A stretch of DNA of 63,328 nt, counting the filler, from Octopus bimaculoides (Eukaryota), in the NCBI RefSeq assembly GCF_001194135.2. It is 7 parts of 6 records of this genome, joined end to end, with 100 filler letters (N's around TTAATTAATTAA, not from the genome) between each part and the next. Parts side by side here need not be neighbours in the genome. Positions count along the whole stretch, not along the records: positions 39,887 to 51,877 come from NC_069005.1; positions 51,978 to 60,605 come from NC_069004.1; positions 60,706 to 63,328 come from NC_068996.1; 4 more parts are not named here. One strand, given 5' to 3'. Of the stretch, positions 49,652-63,328 are shown one piece after another. How positions within the stretch are numbered: the stretch's first letter is position 1; every line of letters starts with the position of its first letter. The notes beneath the pieces are model-generated. The model ran no database searches, had not been told where the DNA came from, and worked only from the letters and a program-made list of their open reading frames with translations. The position numbers and the translations under genes were made by a program.

Positions 49652-51429
49652 TATGTGTACTGAACTCTAGATATGTGAGTTGGCTATTTGTAGAGGGAGA
49701 GAGGTAGAGCAACAACGAGAGAGAGAGAGAGAGTGAGTGAATGCATTGCCAGTGTTGTTTAACCCTGTGTCAACTCTGATCCTGTTGGCCTTGGATCAAA
49801 TCAGTAATGAAGCAATGACCATCTTGCCTATCTTATCCTCTATCTTTTACCTTTTACTTGTTCCAGTTATTGGACTGTGGCCATGCTGGAGCACTGCCTA
49901 GAAATGTTTTAGTCGAACAAATCAACCCCAGTACTTATATTTGTTTATTTTTTTTTTCACAGTATTTTTTTACTTATTTTATTAATCCCTTTTTACTAAA
50001 CCATTAAGTTACAAGGACATAAACCAACCAGCACCAATTTCAAGCTTTAACGGGGGACAAATACAAACAGAAAAGCACACACATGTATACACACACACAC
50101 ACATACAATGGATTCCCACACAGTGTCCGTCTTCCAAATTCACCCAGAAGGTATTGATCAGCATTTAGCTAAGGTGCCACACAGTGGGACTGAACCTGAA
50201 ACCACATAGCTGCTAATAAACTTCAATACATCTCAATGCTTCTAAAGCAAACTTTATTTGTTGACTTTCAACCTAAGTTGAATTTAATGTATCTAAAGTT
50301 GTGTAATTTTAGCCAATAGGAAGCCTCTGTTGCTGATGTATTGGAAGTTACATCTGCCTATTATCATGGTGACCGCATCTTATTGTTCTTTAGTAAGCAA
50401 CAGTAGTTGTAACTTCTGATATGTCAGCAATGGAAGTTTCCAATTAGCTAAAATTACATAATTTTAAATGCTTGTACTTTATTATTAATTTCTAGAAAGC
50501 AAAAAAAAAAAAGGAAGGAAAAGACATGTGGTTTTCACCATCAACATATAAAAACTACAGCAGAGTAAGAAAATTTGAAAAGAATCTGGTGAAAATTTGA
50601 AATACATCAAGTGGTTCGAAGCATTTTGAAAAGATCCACTTGAAACCTCCGATCATGTTAGATTCTTCGCTGTTGGACGGTTTGACGGAGGGTGGGTTTA
50701 GATGTCAAGAAGTTTAGAATGTTTTGTTGACATTTAGTGGGGAGAGCAAGGAAGAGTTTAATAAGAGAGAATGAGGGAGAGGTGGAAAGGGAGAGAGAGA
50801 GAGAGAAAGAGAAACAATTTTGTGGATGCTATTGTAGCATAGTGTAAATGGTATTTGCTCTCTTTCTCTGTCTCTCTCTCTCTTTCTCTCTCTGTTTCTA
50901 TCTGCCTTTTTTCTCCTCTCTCTCGTCTCTCTCCATCTCTGCCTTTGGTCCCAAGGTCCTTTCAAGGACCATTTCTTAGTTGCCACACACACACACACAC
51001 ACTTATGTACACGAACAAAATTTATGAATAAAATTTATGCACATATACTTGCATATAGACAAGCATGCACATTTTCATGTGCGTGTATGTATATATATAT
51101 ATATAAAGGTAAAGGTTACATTCTCGAGTCATGCCGACTCATAAAGGCTGGCTTCCCGTTTCCATTGTGTATAAATTCCTCACTTGGACGGGATGTTGGT
51201 CCATCGCAGGATTACTCAATTTTGCCGGCTGAGTGGACTGGAGCAATGCCGGGCAAAATGCTGAGTAGTATTTCGTTTGTTGCTACATTCAGAGTTCAAA
51301 TTCTGCCAAGGTCGACTTTGCCTTTCATCCTTTCAGGGGTCGATAAATTATCAGTTGAGTACTGGGATTGATGTGATTGACTGTCCCCCTCCCCAAAAAA
51401 TCCAGGCCTTGTGCCTATAGTAGAAATTG

Positions 51430-51870
51430 TGCCTAATTGTGGAGGGTACCTGTGGAAGGGGTAGACTCTGGAAGACATGGGATGAAGTGGTGAGAAAGGA
51501 TCTTCGGATGCAGGGCCTCACTGAGGAAATGACAAGGGACCGGGAGATGTGGCGATTTGCTGTACTTGAGAAGATGCATCAAGCTAAGTAAAATCGCTAT
51601 CTTCCACATGTACAGGCTTGTCCTTTTAGGTTCTGGTGCCATTTAAAAAGCACCCAAAAAGCATCCATACTGGTGCTGCATGAATGCAGCCATGCCGGTG
51701 GCATGTAAAAAGTACCCAGTGCACTCTGTTAAGTGGTTGGCATTATGAAGGACATCTAGTCATAGAAGCAATACTACAACAATCAGTTAGAGTCTGGACA
51801 GCTAGCCAGCTCCCTGTCAGACCATCCAACCCATGCCAGTATGGAAAGCAGACATTAAATGATGATGAAT
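51430..51870 (+). mobile_element. RTE-like LINE 3' end (ORF C-terminus, UTR, (GAT)n tail)
   Basis: VEGTCGRGRLWKTWDEVVRKDLRMQGLTEEMTRDREMWRFAVL* resembles the RTE RGRPxxTW C-terminus. Confidence 0.82.
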
Positions 51871-53462
51871 ATATATANNNNNNNNNNNNNNNNNNNNNNN
51901 NNNNNNNNNNNNNNNNNNNNNTTAATTAATTAANNNNNNNNNNNNNNNNNNNNNNNNNNNNNNNNNNNNNNNNNNNNATGTATATATATATATGTATGTA
52001 TATATATATATATGTATGTATATATATATATATGTATGTATATATATATATATGTATGTATATATATATATATGTATGTATATATATATATATGTATGTA
52101 TATATATATGTATGTATATATATATATAGACAGTAAGACTCAACAATTTTAGAAACAGCTGGTAAAACACACTTATACTCAGACTACAAACATTATGAGA
52201 GATGCGTGTGGAGGAAGAAATTGCAGGTAAACAAAAACAGTCTGGTATTCAAAGATATCCAGCAAAAAACTCCTCTGGAACAGCACAACCAAAAATATAT
52301 ATTAAAAAAAAAATTGTAAACCCCAGTAGATGCAACAGAATCAAGAGAAAAGCACAGGAATTAATGAGGTTACAAATAGAGGATAGAACAGAAAAATGTA
52401 CCAAGACAATAACCATATATGACACTTAAAGATCACAAACCTCACTTCTAAGTGTATCCCAAATGCAAACTGATCAACCTAATGAAAGGTGAGTTAAATG
52501 TAGGCTCAGGACTATAGAGAATGGTTGTGCTGGGTGTCATACAGTAAGATTGAACCCACAACTATGCGGCTGCAATGTAAACTTGTTAACCACACAGCCA
52601 TGCCTGTATGTAAACTACTTTTTTTTTTTGGTGCTGATAGACAGTGTACCTGCGTAATTTATTTTCTAATTAACTTAGCTGAGTAAACAGATGTCAACGG
52701 GGTTCATTGCAAACAAGATGCTCCATTAACAACATGTTACTTTACTTTGAAGAGTGGAGCCACATGGTGGGTCAACTAACCAGCTAGAAATACTACTGAT
52801 ACATTCCTCAAACCACAATCTACTGCCGTAAAAAAAAAAAAAACCCCAGAAAAGACTTCTTTGATTAGAGTGTCTTCTCAGGCAGGATTGGCTTAAGCAA
52901 CAACTGCTATCATTCATAAAGAAATTTTAGCTCCAATTCCACCATTAAACACAAAGCAAAAAGCAGGATTGCAATGCAGGTCACGGTATCACCAAATATG
53001 ATGCATTACATTTTATTAATAACAATATAGCTCATGTGACTAGTCTAATATTTGCTGGGGTATATTGTTTATCACAGGATAATTTTCTGTTAGGTTTTGT
53101 GGGGTGCTATATGTGATGTAATATCATGTGCTTGTGAGAAGCATAGTCAAACAATGAGAAACTGGGATACGTGCCTGCCCCCAATGTAACAGAGTTACCC
53201 AGTTTTATGCATATAACTTTTAACGTTGTTTGCTTATGATTTGCAAACACTGATAACATTGTTAATCAAACAAAGTAATATGAGAAAAACCTTAAATAAT
53301 AATAATAACAATAATAATAATAATAATAATAATAACAACAACAACAACAAAAAACCCTAAGAATTAAAACTACAAGTCATTTTTGTAAAAAGAAAACATG
53401 TTTTTCATATGCGTGTATGCATCCACACACAAATGCATGCTATGTATTATGAAGGTGGTGCT

Positions 53463-53513
<51 letters not shown>

Positions 53514-53547
53514 TCTCTCTTTGGGAGAGTGGCACAAGCACATACAC

Positions 53548-53581
<34 letters not shown>

Positions 53582-53583
<2 letters not shown>

Positions 53584-53747
53584 GAGAATGTACGAAAAAA
53601 CAACAACAGACAAGGACAGGTGGTGTAAATAACAAAAGGATGTATTAGTATGACGCTCGGGAATACGGAAAGTCTTTAACGTTTCGAGCTACGCTCTTCA
53701 ACAGAAAGAATACGGAGACAAGGAGAAAAACACGGAGAAAAAAAAAT

Positions 53748-53748
<1 letters not shown>
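53582..53748 (-). mobile_element. Short (TA)n-embedded repeat carrying a variant minimal hammerhead (53673-53709)
   Basis: Minus strand TCTTT-CTGTTGA-A-GAGC GTA GCTC-GAAAC-GTT-AAAGA; near-identical copy at 59948-60112. Confidence 0.7.
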
Positions 53749-53824
<76 letters not shown>

Positions 53825-54788
53825 AAATGCCAATAAGAGGTGGCTAACACAGATATACAATATTTCCCCTCATTCTTGTTTGTACATCCAAATACACAGA
53901 CCATATGAGTAAGTGGGTCAAGACTTATGTCTCTACAATCGTATAAATTAGGTTATCAGTTATTGAGGCAACAGACTAGTCGTGGTAAAGGTGAAGATTT
54001 CTACCCACCAAGGCATGTTTACCCAAAGAAGCTATTTATTGAATCATTAAAAAATTCAATATTTTACACACGTACACACACTGGCTCTCTGCTAGGCTGT
54101 GGAGTTAAGAAGCTTACTTCCCAACCATGTGATCTTGGGTTCAGTCTCAGAGCATGGTACCTTGGGCAAGAATTTTCTTTTTTACACTCCAGACTGATCA
54201 AAGACTTGCAAGTGCATTTGGTAGATGAAAACTGAAAGACGCCCAATGTGTGTGTTTGAGTGAGTGCATGCACATGAGTGTGCTGGGTGCTTTTAACACG
54301 GCACTGGCACAAGCATACTTACATGGCACTGAGTGCTTACTACATGGCACCTGCATGAGTGCTTATCATGTGGCACTAGGCATAACAAAGTATGTACTAG
54401 AAACCCAAATTAAATTTCAAGTGGTTAAACTAGAGTTTTTTGGAAAGCTTTCATTGTGCAACTTTAAACAAAATATAAGTACATCTTGATATTTTTATTT
54501 TTTTTTATTTTACACACAGAAGAATAAAGGAGATTCTCATATTGAGAAATTATGTTTTGCCAAAGTAGACATTGAAATTTGGAACACTCCTCTGATTTGC
54601 CAGCCCCTATTGAACCATCCAATCCATGCTAGCATGGAAAATGGACATTAACTGATGATGATGATAATGATAATAATAACAACATCATGTTCTCTTTCTT
54701 TCCAATGAAGAAGTGCAGCCGAAAACGTTGAAGACATCTGTTTTCTATCAATTTCAAATGCTAAGGGGAGTATTGTAGTTCGCTTGAA

Positions 54789-55080
54789 GCATTGTTTGTA
54801 AAGAATAAAAAAGTTTTGAATGGTACAACGATGCACTGTAATACAAACAATAGGCTATATACCTGTTAGTCATCCATAGTCTGATAATATTACGGAATAA
54901 AATTCCTTCTTCAGATATTCTTAGATGGAGTTGCTGCTATAATCGGAATATCTGAAGAATGAAATTTATTCTGAAATATAATCAGACTATGGATGACTAA
55001 ATTACAACGGGTACATAGCCCATTGTTTGTATTATAGTGTATTGTTGTACCATTCAAAACTTTTTATTCTTTACAAATGC
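54789..55080. mobile_element. Foldback/MITE-like palindrome, ~130-bp arms, ~22-nt loop
   Basis: gcattgtttgtaaagaataaaaaagttttgaatggtacaac... versus ...gttgtaccattcaaaactttttattctttacaaatgc; inner ttcttcagatattc and gaatatctgaagaa. Confidence 0.9.
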
Positions 55081-55109
55081 TAAATATCGTTAACATAATT
55101 TTGAAGTCT

Positions 55110-56330
55110 GTGTTGTTTTGGAGAGAGAGAGATAGCTTTAGCAGATCTGGTGAAGGGCATTTACCAAGATACTACAATCTGTAACCTGGTGGTGTTTTAA
55201 GAAAACTAACTGTAGACAGATGAAAGGCTTCAGAGACCCCAATCAAGCCAAATACCGTGCTAAGTGTGAATTGCCAAAGAATTCTGTGAGGAATTTAGCA
55301 TGTAAGTGTTTTACAGGATTCAGTTCCGAACGCCTCAACCCCACAAATAGCCTAGTTTATCACTGGCTCTTCAGATCATAATGCATTTTAAGACTGGCTT
55401 TCCATGGGAACTACTCTGTGCTGATGACCTAGTTCTCATAGCCAAGTAAGAAATTCCAAAAATGGAAGCAAAAGCTGAGAGTCAAGAAAGCTAAGAAAAA
55501 CTTGCAATGACACAAAAGTTTTAGTTAGCAGGAAAGAAGACCGGATTCTGTTGTAATTTGCAGAGCGGCCAAGCTTGGTGTTGCAGAACAGTAGTAATTC
55601 CACATGGTTTATCTAATGTAAACTAGGAGTGTATCGGAACCGAGGCAAGTTGGCAGAAGAAGGAAATTTTTTTTTTTTTTTATGTGCCAGATGTAGAGAA
55701 GTAGTTAGCAGTAAGAGAACCTGTGGAATAAATTCTTTCAAATACCTGGAAGAATTCTGAGAAGTAATTGATAGCTTTTCTTATTTAGGTGACCTAATTA
55801 ACAGCAAAGGTATTTACTCCAAAACATAGAACCCAGAGTACCAGCGTGGAGAATGTTTAGGGAGTTATTACTGATGCTGACAACTAAGTAATTTTCTCAC
55901 AGAACAAAGTGTAGACTGGCAAGCATGGGAGACAATATTGAATGTGTTCCAGTCTTATTCTCTCTCCTCAGGTAAGCATTGACTTTACTGTAGTTTCTGA
56001 AGTAGCAATGGAAAAAACCCACCGAGATGTTTGTTAGAGTACAGAAGTAGGTAGGCTTAGATAATTAAACATATTTGGGAGATTAAATTACCGAGAAAAA
56101 CCAACTCAAAGACACATCTGTATGACAAAACAAGAGTTAAAGTTGGTGCTACACACACGGAAAGTCGTTAACACAATAATCTAATTAAGAACTCACTGTG
56201 CAGAGAGGAAGAAGCTAATATAGTGATGATACAGCTGGGAGAAAGACAAAACAACAAGCAATGTTGCAACTTGAGAAAGAAACATTAATGTACAGGAAAT
56301 ACTGTAGTTGGTGACAGAAGTGGAATAAAG
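55110..56330 (+). mobile_element. Heavily decayed RTE-like LINE RT fragment
   Basis: FPWELLCADDLVLIA (RT YADD motif, ~55400-55445) and DSFSYLGDLI (~55770-55800). Confidence 0.75.
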
Positions 56331-56693
56331 TGAATGTGTGTAAGTAACGCAGCATTTCTCACACTTTTACAGATCCAATTACAAAACAAAGCAACCACAG
56401 AGCCAGCCTCTGCTTGATTGTTTCACATGCTAGAAATAACAGTGGCCAAACCTCTCAAATAATAACACCCTACAAGCTTTAACAAAAAAAGGGGGGAAAA
56501 AAGATTTCTGGCCAGGGGGAGAAATATTACCTTGCCTGGAAATAGGTGAGAGTTGGTGACAGGAAAAGCATCCAGCTGTAGAAAATCTACCTCAGTAAAC
56601 TCCATCTGATCCAAGCAAGAATGGAAAAGTGGACATTAAACATGATATGTATGAGGAAGGTGTGGAAAAGTTCTTGGCTTTGGGTAAAAGAAA

Positions 56694-56871
56694 ATACAGG
56701 AGGGTCAGTTAATTATGATTTTATTCAACATATTCCCCTCTCAGATTCACACACTTATTGCAGCGGTCCTTCAGTTTTTCTAAGCCCTGTAAATGAACTC
56801 GGAAGGTTGGGCCTCCAACCAGGCCTTTCGCAATACCCTTAAAGCCAGGAACTTTTCAGCACCCCCTCATA
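56694..56871. mobile_element. mariner-derived MITE fragment
   Basis: Ends acttttcagcaccccctcata, the reverse complement of a tatgagggggtgctgaaaagt TIR related to the mariner end at 31884. Confidence 0.6.
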
Positions 56872-57399
56872 TGTACGTATGAATGCATGCATCTGTGTGT
56901 GGAGGGGCAAACTATGAACGCATGAAAATAAAATCAGTTCCATTAAAACCCGTAAAAACAATGGAAATACCTACCCCCAGTCACAGTGACAATGCAATTC
57001 ATTCCGGCAGTTACAATAGTAATTATGCAGTGAAACACAGTCTGTGTATGTGGAGGAATAATTTCACACACACATGTACATTAAACATAGCAATACAATC
57101 TCTTTCAGATGCTTGTGTTTTAATATTTACTAGTTCAGCCTATACAGTCAGTGACCTCATATTTAAAAAATAACAGCAACACACACACAATGTAGTAACA
57201 ATACACTCAAATACAAACCTCATTATTTAATGAAATAAATATTCACACACACACACACACACAAACTCCAGATGGTGAAGGTTTATTACAGTTAATAGTA
57301 CAGTACACACACAAATACCAATGATTTGACTGCTATTTCCTAACAGAATGACCAACCAACCGCATATACCATGATGGGACTTAAACGAGCTAGCCACAT

Positions 57400-57875
<476 letters not shown>

Positions 57876-59947
57876 GAAAAAAATATACATATACAATTTT
57901 ACTTTCAACATATACCAGTTTAGTACATGAAGTCCCAGACGGTTGATATCAAAACGTATTCAAAACACATTTGAATTAGTGTCAGAGCCCTATTGATTTT
58001 AACTTTGCCTGATTACACACACACACAAATCTACATTACATTGTATTTTTCTTTTTTTCTGTAGCTTCCATTGTACTTCTCTGCCAGGAACATAATGGAA
58101 ATTTTATCTCCTAGTAGCACAAGGTTTTTCTATTTTTAAATCCCGCACATGTCTGTCATTCCTGACTTTGTTTCACATCAGCTCAGAGCTTTCAGCTTGA
58201 TCTTTAGGAGTTGATCCCATTTTCCCCCCACCATCTTGCATGACTACTCACAAGTGCACAGGGTGCTATAGGTTGCATATATATATACACACATATCCAA
58301 ATACGTCTGTATATGTATCAAACATTGACAAAGTATTTCAAGGATTCACCATTAAGATCTCCCAAAAACCAACATATATACATACAATTATATATCATAT
58401 ATACGAAGACATACACATGCATGTATACATAGACACACACACACACATATATATATATATACATAGACACACACACATACATACATACACATTCACATAC
58501 ACCCCTTCAGTACTATCTTGCCTTTCCAATTGGAGGTAATCGTGTACCTCTCCTACAGCCAGATACCTGTTCTTGTGTTTCTCTCATGCTTTAACCTCTC
58601 ATCACCCGGCACAAAGCCATCACACTCAATACTCCATCCACCTCAGTTGGAGGGGAGGAGGTCTTGTCTTGCTAGTTACTCGGTGACCCCACTGGTACTG
58701 GTGCCATGTAAAAAGCACCAGTACACTCTGTAAAATGGTTGGATTACACTAGATGTAACACACACTTACTGATTGTCCTGTGCTATACACACACATATTT
58801 CAGTATTATCCTTCATGTAGATGAAATAAGAGAAATTCAGAGCCGAACTAGTCACCACTGTTCCAATGTTATAATAATAACAAAACCATAGATGTTGGTG
58901 TATACTCACAGTCAGCCCGACCCTTCTTTCAAATGACGAAGTAATGTGATTTCAACTGTCACGAAAACCAGCCAACAGACAGACAGTCGTATGCAATTAA
59001 TCGGCGGCTGTCTAATTACCTCACTTTGTGCAAAGTAATTATTGAAATGTTATTCGAGCCAGTAGTAAATCTTGTGTTAAAAATGATAATGACAGATGTT
59101 ACTGGAGCCAATTTAGGAGGAGACAAACCAGTAAGAGAACCTCTTCATGACTGTTTGACCTCACAGATACAACAGCTAAATTCTTTGAAGTGTACAAACA
59201 ACAATAAGTCCTCGACGATCAATACATGACTGAGAGAAGCGTAGGAGGTTATAGCTGGAATACACCATGATCATTATCATCAATTTAATGTCCACTTTTT
59301 TATGCCTGTATGGGTCAGACGAATTTTGCCAAGGCAAATTTTCTATGGCTGGGATGGCCTTCCTGTTGTGAACTCTCACCTGTTTCCAGGTAAGGTAATG
59401 TTTCCCCATGGCCAGATATGTTTTCACAGAAAACTGGAAATGAAGGACACCGCATGAATGACAAGCAAAGGAGACTCCCTCGTGTATAAGGACCCCCACC
59501 TAATTTTAGTGGAGGGCTTAAAATTGCAAAAAAGGTTTTGTAAGGGATTATAATACTATCCATATATAAGAAACTCCAATATTTTTTAAACCCAACTTCT
59601 GACAAAAAGGGTTCTTTATACACATTAAAATACAGTATATATGATAGGTTTCTTTCAGTTTCTGCCTACCAAATCCACTCACAAGGTTTTGGTTGGCCAG
59701 GGATTTTAGTAGAAGACACTTGCTCAAGGTGCTACACAGTAAGATTGAATCTAGAACCATGTGGTTGGGAAACAAACTTCTTACCACACAACTACACATG
59801 CATCAGCAATGAAATATCTGTTCATTCAGGGTTTAACAAGAGCACATCATAAGGAACTGTTAAGACCATATAAAAAAGGCTAACTTAACCTCCAACAGGG
59901 CTATTTTATCAATCTGGTGCCTTTATATATGTATATATATATATTTG

Positions 59948-60112
59948 GGAGAATATACAAAAAATAACAACAGACGAGGACAGGTGGTGTAAATAACAAA
60001 AGTATATATTAGTATGACGCTCGGGAATACGGAAAGTCTTTGACGTTTCGAGCTACGCTCTTCAACAGAAAGAATACGGAGACAAGGAGAAAAACACGGA
60101 GAAAAAAAAAAA
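59948..60112 (-). mobile_element. Second copy of the hammerhead-bearing short repeat (motif 60037-60073, GUC triplet)
   Basis: Minus strand TCTTT-CTGTTGA-A-GAGCGTAGCTC-GAAAC-GTC-AAAGA. Confidence 0.7.
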
Positions 60113-60207
60113 ATTGGGAGAAATACATACAAATATATACAAGTGAGTGGACAAATAAAACAAAGGGTACTCAACACATTTATTGGGAGTTACATGCATT
60201 CGGATTT

Positions 60208-60257
60208 CCACTGGCCTGAGGAAAGGCCCCTGTTAGGGGCTTTAAAACGTTGAGTGG
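60208..60257 (+). ncRNA. Degenerate type I hammerhead-like motif (G12 to A)
   Basis: CTGAGGA (60216-60222), 9-bp stem II AAGGCCCCT/AGGGGCTTT, AAAAC in place of GAAAC, GTT triplet, bulged stem I CCACT/AGTGG. Confidence 0.5.
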
Positions 60258-62814
60258 CGCAGAATCCAAAGCAAACTGTCTAATCAGGAAAAAATTATAA
60301 TTGTTGTTATTATCATCATTATTAAATACAAAACCTGTTCTTGTAAATAGCCGTGACCAGAGAAGAAATATTCTATGCAGTGAAGTGAACTATATACTGC
60401 GGTAAAATCAATTATCATAAATATTTCTCAGAGAATTTTAAGGAAATCTCGGTGCTACGAGAACAGACTAATTTAGAAATTCCCTTTCTATCCCATGAAA
60501 GCAGAAAAAAAAAACTATAAAAAATACATATTTAATCTTAAAAAAAAAAATTTTAATTTTGGTTCTTTTTGTTTTATTCTATGTATTTACTAGTGTATAT
60601 AAGGCNNNNNNNNNNNNNNNNNNNNNNNNNNNNNNNNNNNNNNNNNNNNTTAATTAATTAANNNNNNNNNNNNNNNNNNNNNNNNNNNNNNNNNNNNNNN
60701 NNNNNACTTATTTTTTGTAAGCATAATACTTATTCTATCGGTCCCTTTTGCCGAACCGCTAAGTTACGGGAACCTAAACACACCACCATCGGTTGTCAAG
60801 CGATGTTGGGGGGGACAAACACAGACACACAAACATATACACACACTTGCACATACATATATATATATACAGATATACGACGGGCTTCTTTCATCTTCCG
60901 TCTACCAAATCCACTCGCAAGGCTTTGATCGGCTCGCAGCTATAGTAAAAGACACTTGCCCAAGGTGCCATGCAGTGGGACTGAACCCAGAACCATGTGG
61001 TTGGTAAGCAAGCTACTTACCACACAACCACTCCCGCACCTATATCTATTTACTTTATTATAAATATGCGTGTGTGTGTGTGTGTGTTTACACACACACA
61101 GACACATGCATACACACACACATACACAAATTGACAGCATAATAAACTACGGATGTGGTATTATTCCATTGACGAAGACCTTGCGTAACTCCGGCCACTA
61201 GTACGCGAAATCCACCATCTTATTGTGGTTTGATCTCCACGAAATAGTGAGATAGAAAGCTGATATACTTCTAACGTTATCCGCGACTAAAACGCAAAGC
61301 GGTGACTGGAATTATCATGGCTGCGCAGAGAGCTAACCAAGGAGTGAGAAACGTCTGTAGTGAATGAAGGATGCATGGACTATGTTTTTGTATGTAGTCT
61401 TGATATTCAAATGTCAATAATCAAGTAGATATGAGTCTATTCTAAGAGGGACCGAGAGGGATTACTAACGGGAGTTATTAAGAGAGAAAGAAAGAAAGAG
61501 AGGGAGGGAGAGAAAATTTGAACCTCCAGCACGTTATTGTATCTATACCGGAATAATGGATGGTAAAGATGAGTTTGGCAGAATCTAAGTACAAAACGCA
61601 AGGAGCAAGAACAACACGGTAAGTCGTTTTTTCCCCCAACATTTTAACAATTCTGTTAGGGAACAAATTCGTTTAAGTTCAAAAACAAAAGGGGGGGGGG
61701 CAGATATTTCGAAAACTAGTTGTGAAGGGTTTTCGAGCCATGAGCATTCAACCTTCTTAAAGGCATCTCTATGACTATAATATCAAATATGCCCCATCCT
61801 TACTATGATGGTATTGCTTGATTTTAGGGAGAATTGGCTACTGTTTCTAGTGCACTGGCCCTCAACTATTTTTACCTATGGACCCCTTAATTTCTATTTT
61901 ATTTGGATGGACCCTATAGCTATTTGATATTTTAAAAATCACAACGTATTTACATAATTAAATATTATTAGGAAATGTTTTCTTTTTTTCTTTTTACTTG
62001 TTTCAGTCATTTGACTGCGGCCATGATTGAGCACCGACTTTAGTTGAACAAATTGACTCCAGGACTTATTCTTTGTACTTATTTTATCGGTCTCTTTTGC
62101 CGAACCGCTAAGAGACGGAGACGCAAACACACCTGCATCGGTTATCAAGTGATGTTGGGGTGGGGGGGACAAGCACAGAAACAGGATTGACATTGGTTAT
62201 TGTATTGAAATGATCGATATTTCGGATAGTAGTCCAAAAGCGTAGTGTTCTGTCAGCTCCTTTCCTATACACAAAACCTGCGTATCAGGTTAAGAACTGT
62301 TTCAGAAGCATATCAGTGTCCAGCAGTCTCTCTGTCTGTCTGTTTGTCTTTCTGCTCGACAGGAAGAAGAAGAGGAGGAGGAGGAGATGGGGGAAGAGTA
62401 AGAAGAAGAAGAAGCGGCGACAATGTCGACTTGAAAAACTTTAAAATATGGCTTCATGATGACTTTAAGAATAGTAGGGGTAGGTGGTGAGCAACGGGCT
62501 GCAAGTGGATCTAGGAGACATCTACACATACAGGAGGGAGATGGCGAAGTTGTAGGGGGCTGGAGGAAGAAGGAAGAGAGGTAGAGAGACGCAAGATAAG
62601 TGAGTGGAATGGAGTAGAAAGCGAGAGGATGAGAGCAGAAGAGGAGAGTGGCGATGTGGTGACGATGTTAGCAACAACTATGACGGCAAAACAACTTCAT
62701 TGAAGATGGAGGTGTACATGAAAGGGGGGCGGAGGAAGGGTGATGGAGAAGAGCAGGGGTTGGTTGGGTTGACGATGATTCCACCTTGTTTGATAGAAGT
62801 GGATTGAAGAAGGA

Positions 62815-62893
62815 GGAGAAGCAGAAGAAGAAGAAGAAGAAGAAGAAGAAGAAGAAGAAGAAGAAGAAGAAAAAGAAGAAGAAGAAGAAGAAG

Positions 62894-62924
<31 letters not shown>

Positions 62925-63328
62925 TTTAACAGTGAAAGAAGAAAAACAGTAAAAATTAAAAAGAAGACCCAACAACAAACGAACGACGACGAAAACAGCA
63001 TAAACAATAAAGAACGAATAAACAATAGACGAGAGTAAGCGATGAGGGAGGGTGGCAGAAGGTGTGGGAAGAGGGGAGATTGAAGGTAAGGTAACTTGTA
63101 GGAAGGTGAAGATGAAAAAAAGGTAGAAGGGGGAGGAAGTGGAGGAAATATGGCGAAAGACGAAGAGAAGAAAAAGTGGAAAAGGAGGAGGAGGAGAAGG
63201 AGGTTGGGGAGGAGGAGGAGAAGGAAGTTGGGGAGGAGGAGCATGAGGACCTGGAGGAGGAGAAGGAGGAGGAGGAGGAGGAGGAGGAGGAGAAGAAGAA
63301 GAAGAAGAAGAAGAAGAAGAAGAAGAAG
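62815..63328. repeat. (GAA)n and (GGA)n purine-rich tracts
   Basis: Directly visible; source of the poly-L and poly-S ORFs. Confidence 0.97.

Overview
Eukaryotic, AT-rich, microsatellite-dense, gap-ridden animal genomic DNA. The SINE families, TAA-associated R4/Dong-type LINE ends and repeat density resemble octopus/cephalopod DNA; this is an inference from memory, not a database match. I can support no intact host protein-coding gene, and almost all long ORFs in the track are translated microsatellites or N-gaps. The real coding signal is decayed transposons: a Helitron Rep fragment (4.1-6.2 kb, -), Tc1, maT-like and mariner fragments, HERO-like and R4/Dong-like RLE LINE fragments, Tx1/L1-like ends and RTE fragments. 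The most unusual item is a Penelope-like element (21.0-23.4 kb) whose ORF has a Ulp1/C48-type cysteine protease with an intact His-Asp-Cys triad between the N-terminal domain and an internally deleted RT plus GIY-YIG nuclease. Reading the DNA directly also shows five type I hammerhead-ribozyme-like motifs, two with complete catalytic cores, and several foldback elements. Six 100-bp N-TTAATTAATTAA-N blocks are scaffold-joining linkers, so adjacency across them is unreliable. Coordinates were counted by hand, and degenerate-repeat boundaries are approximate.
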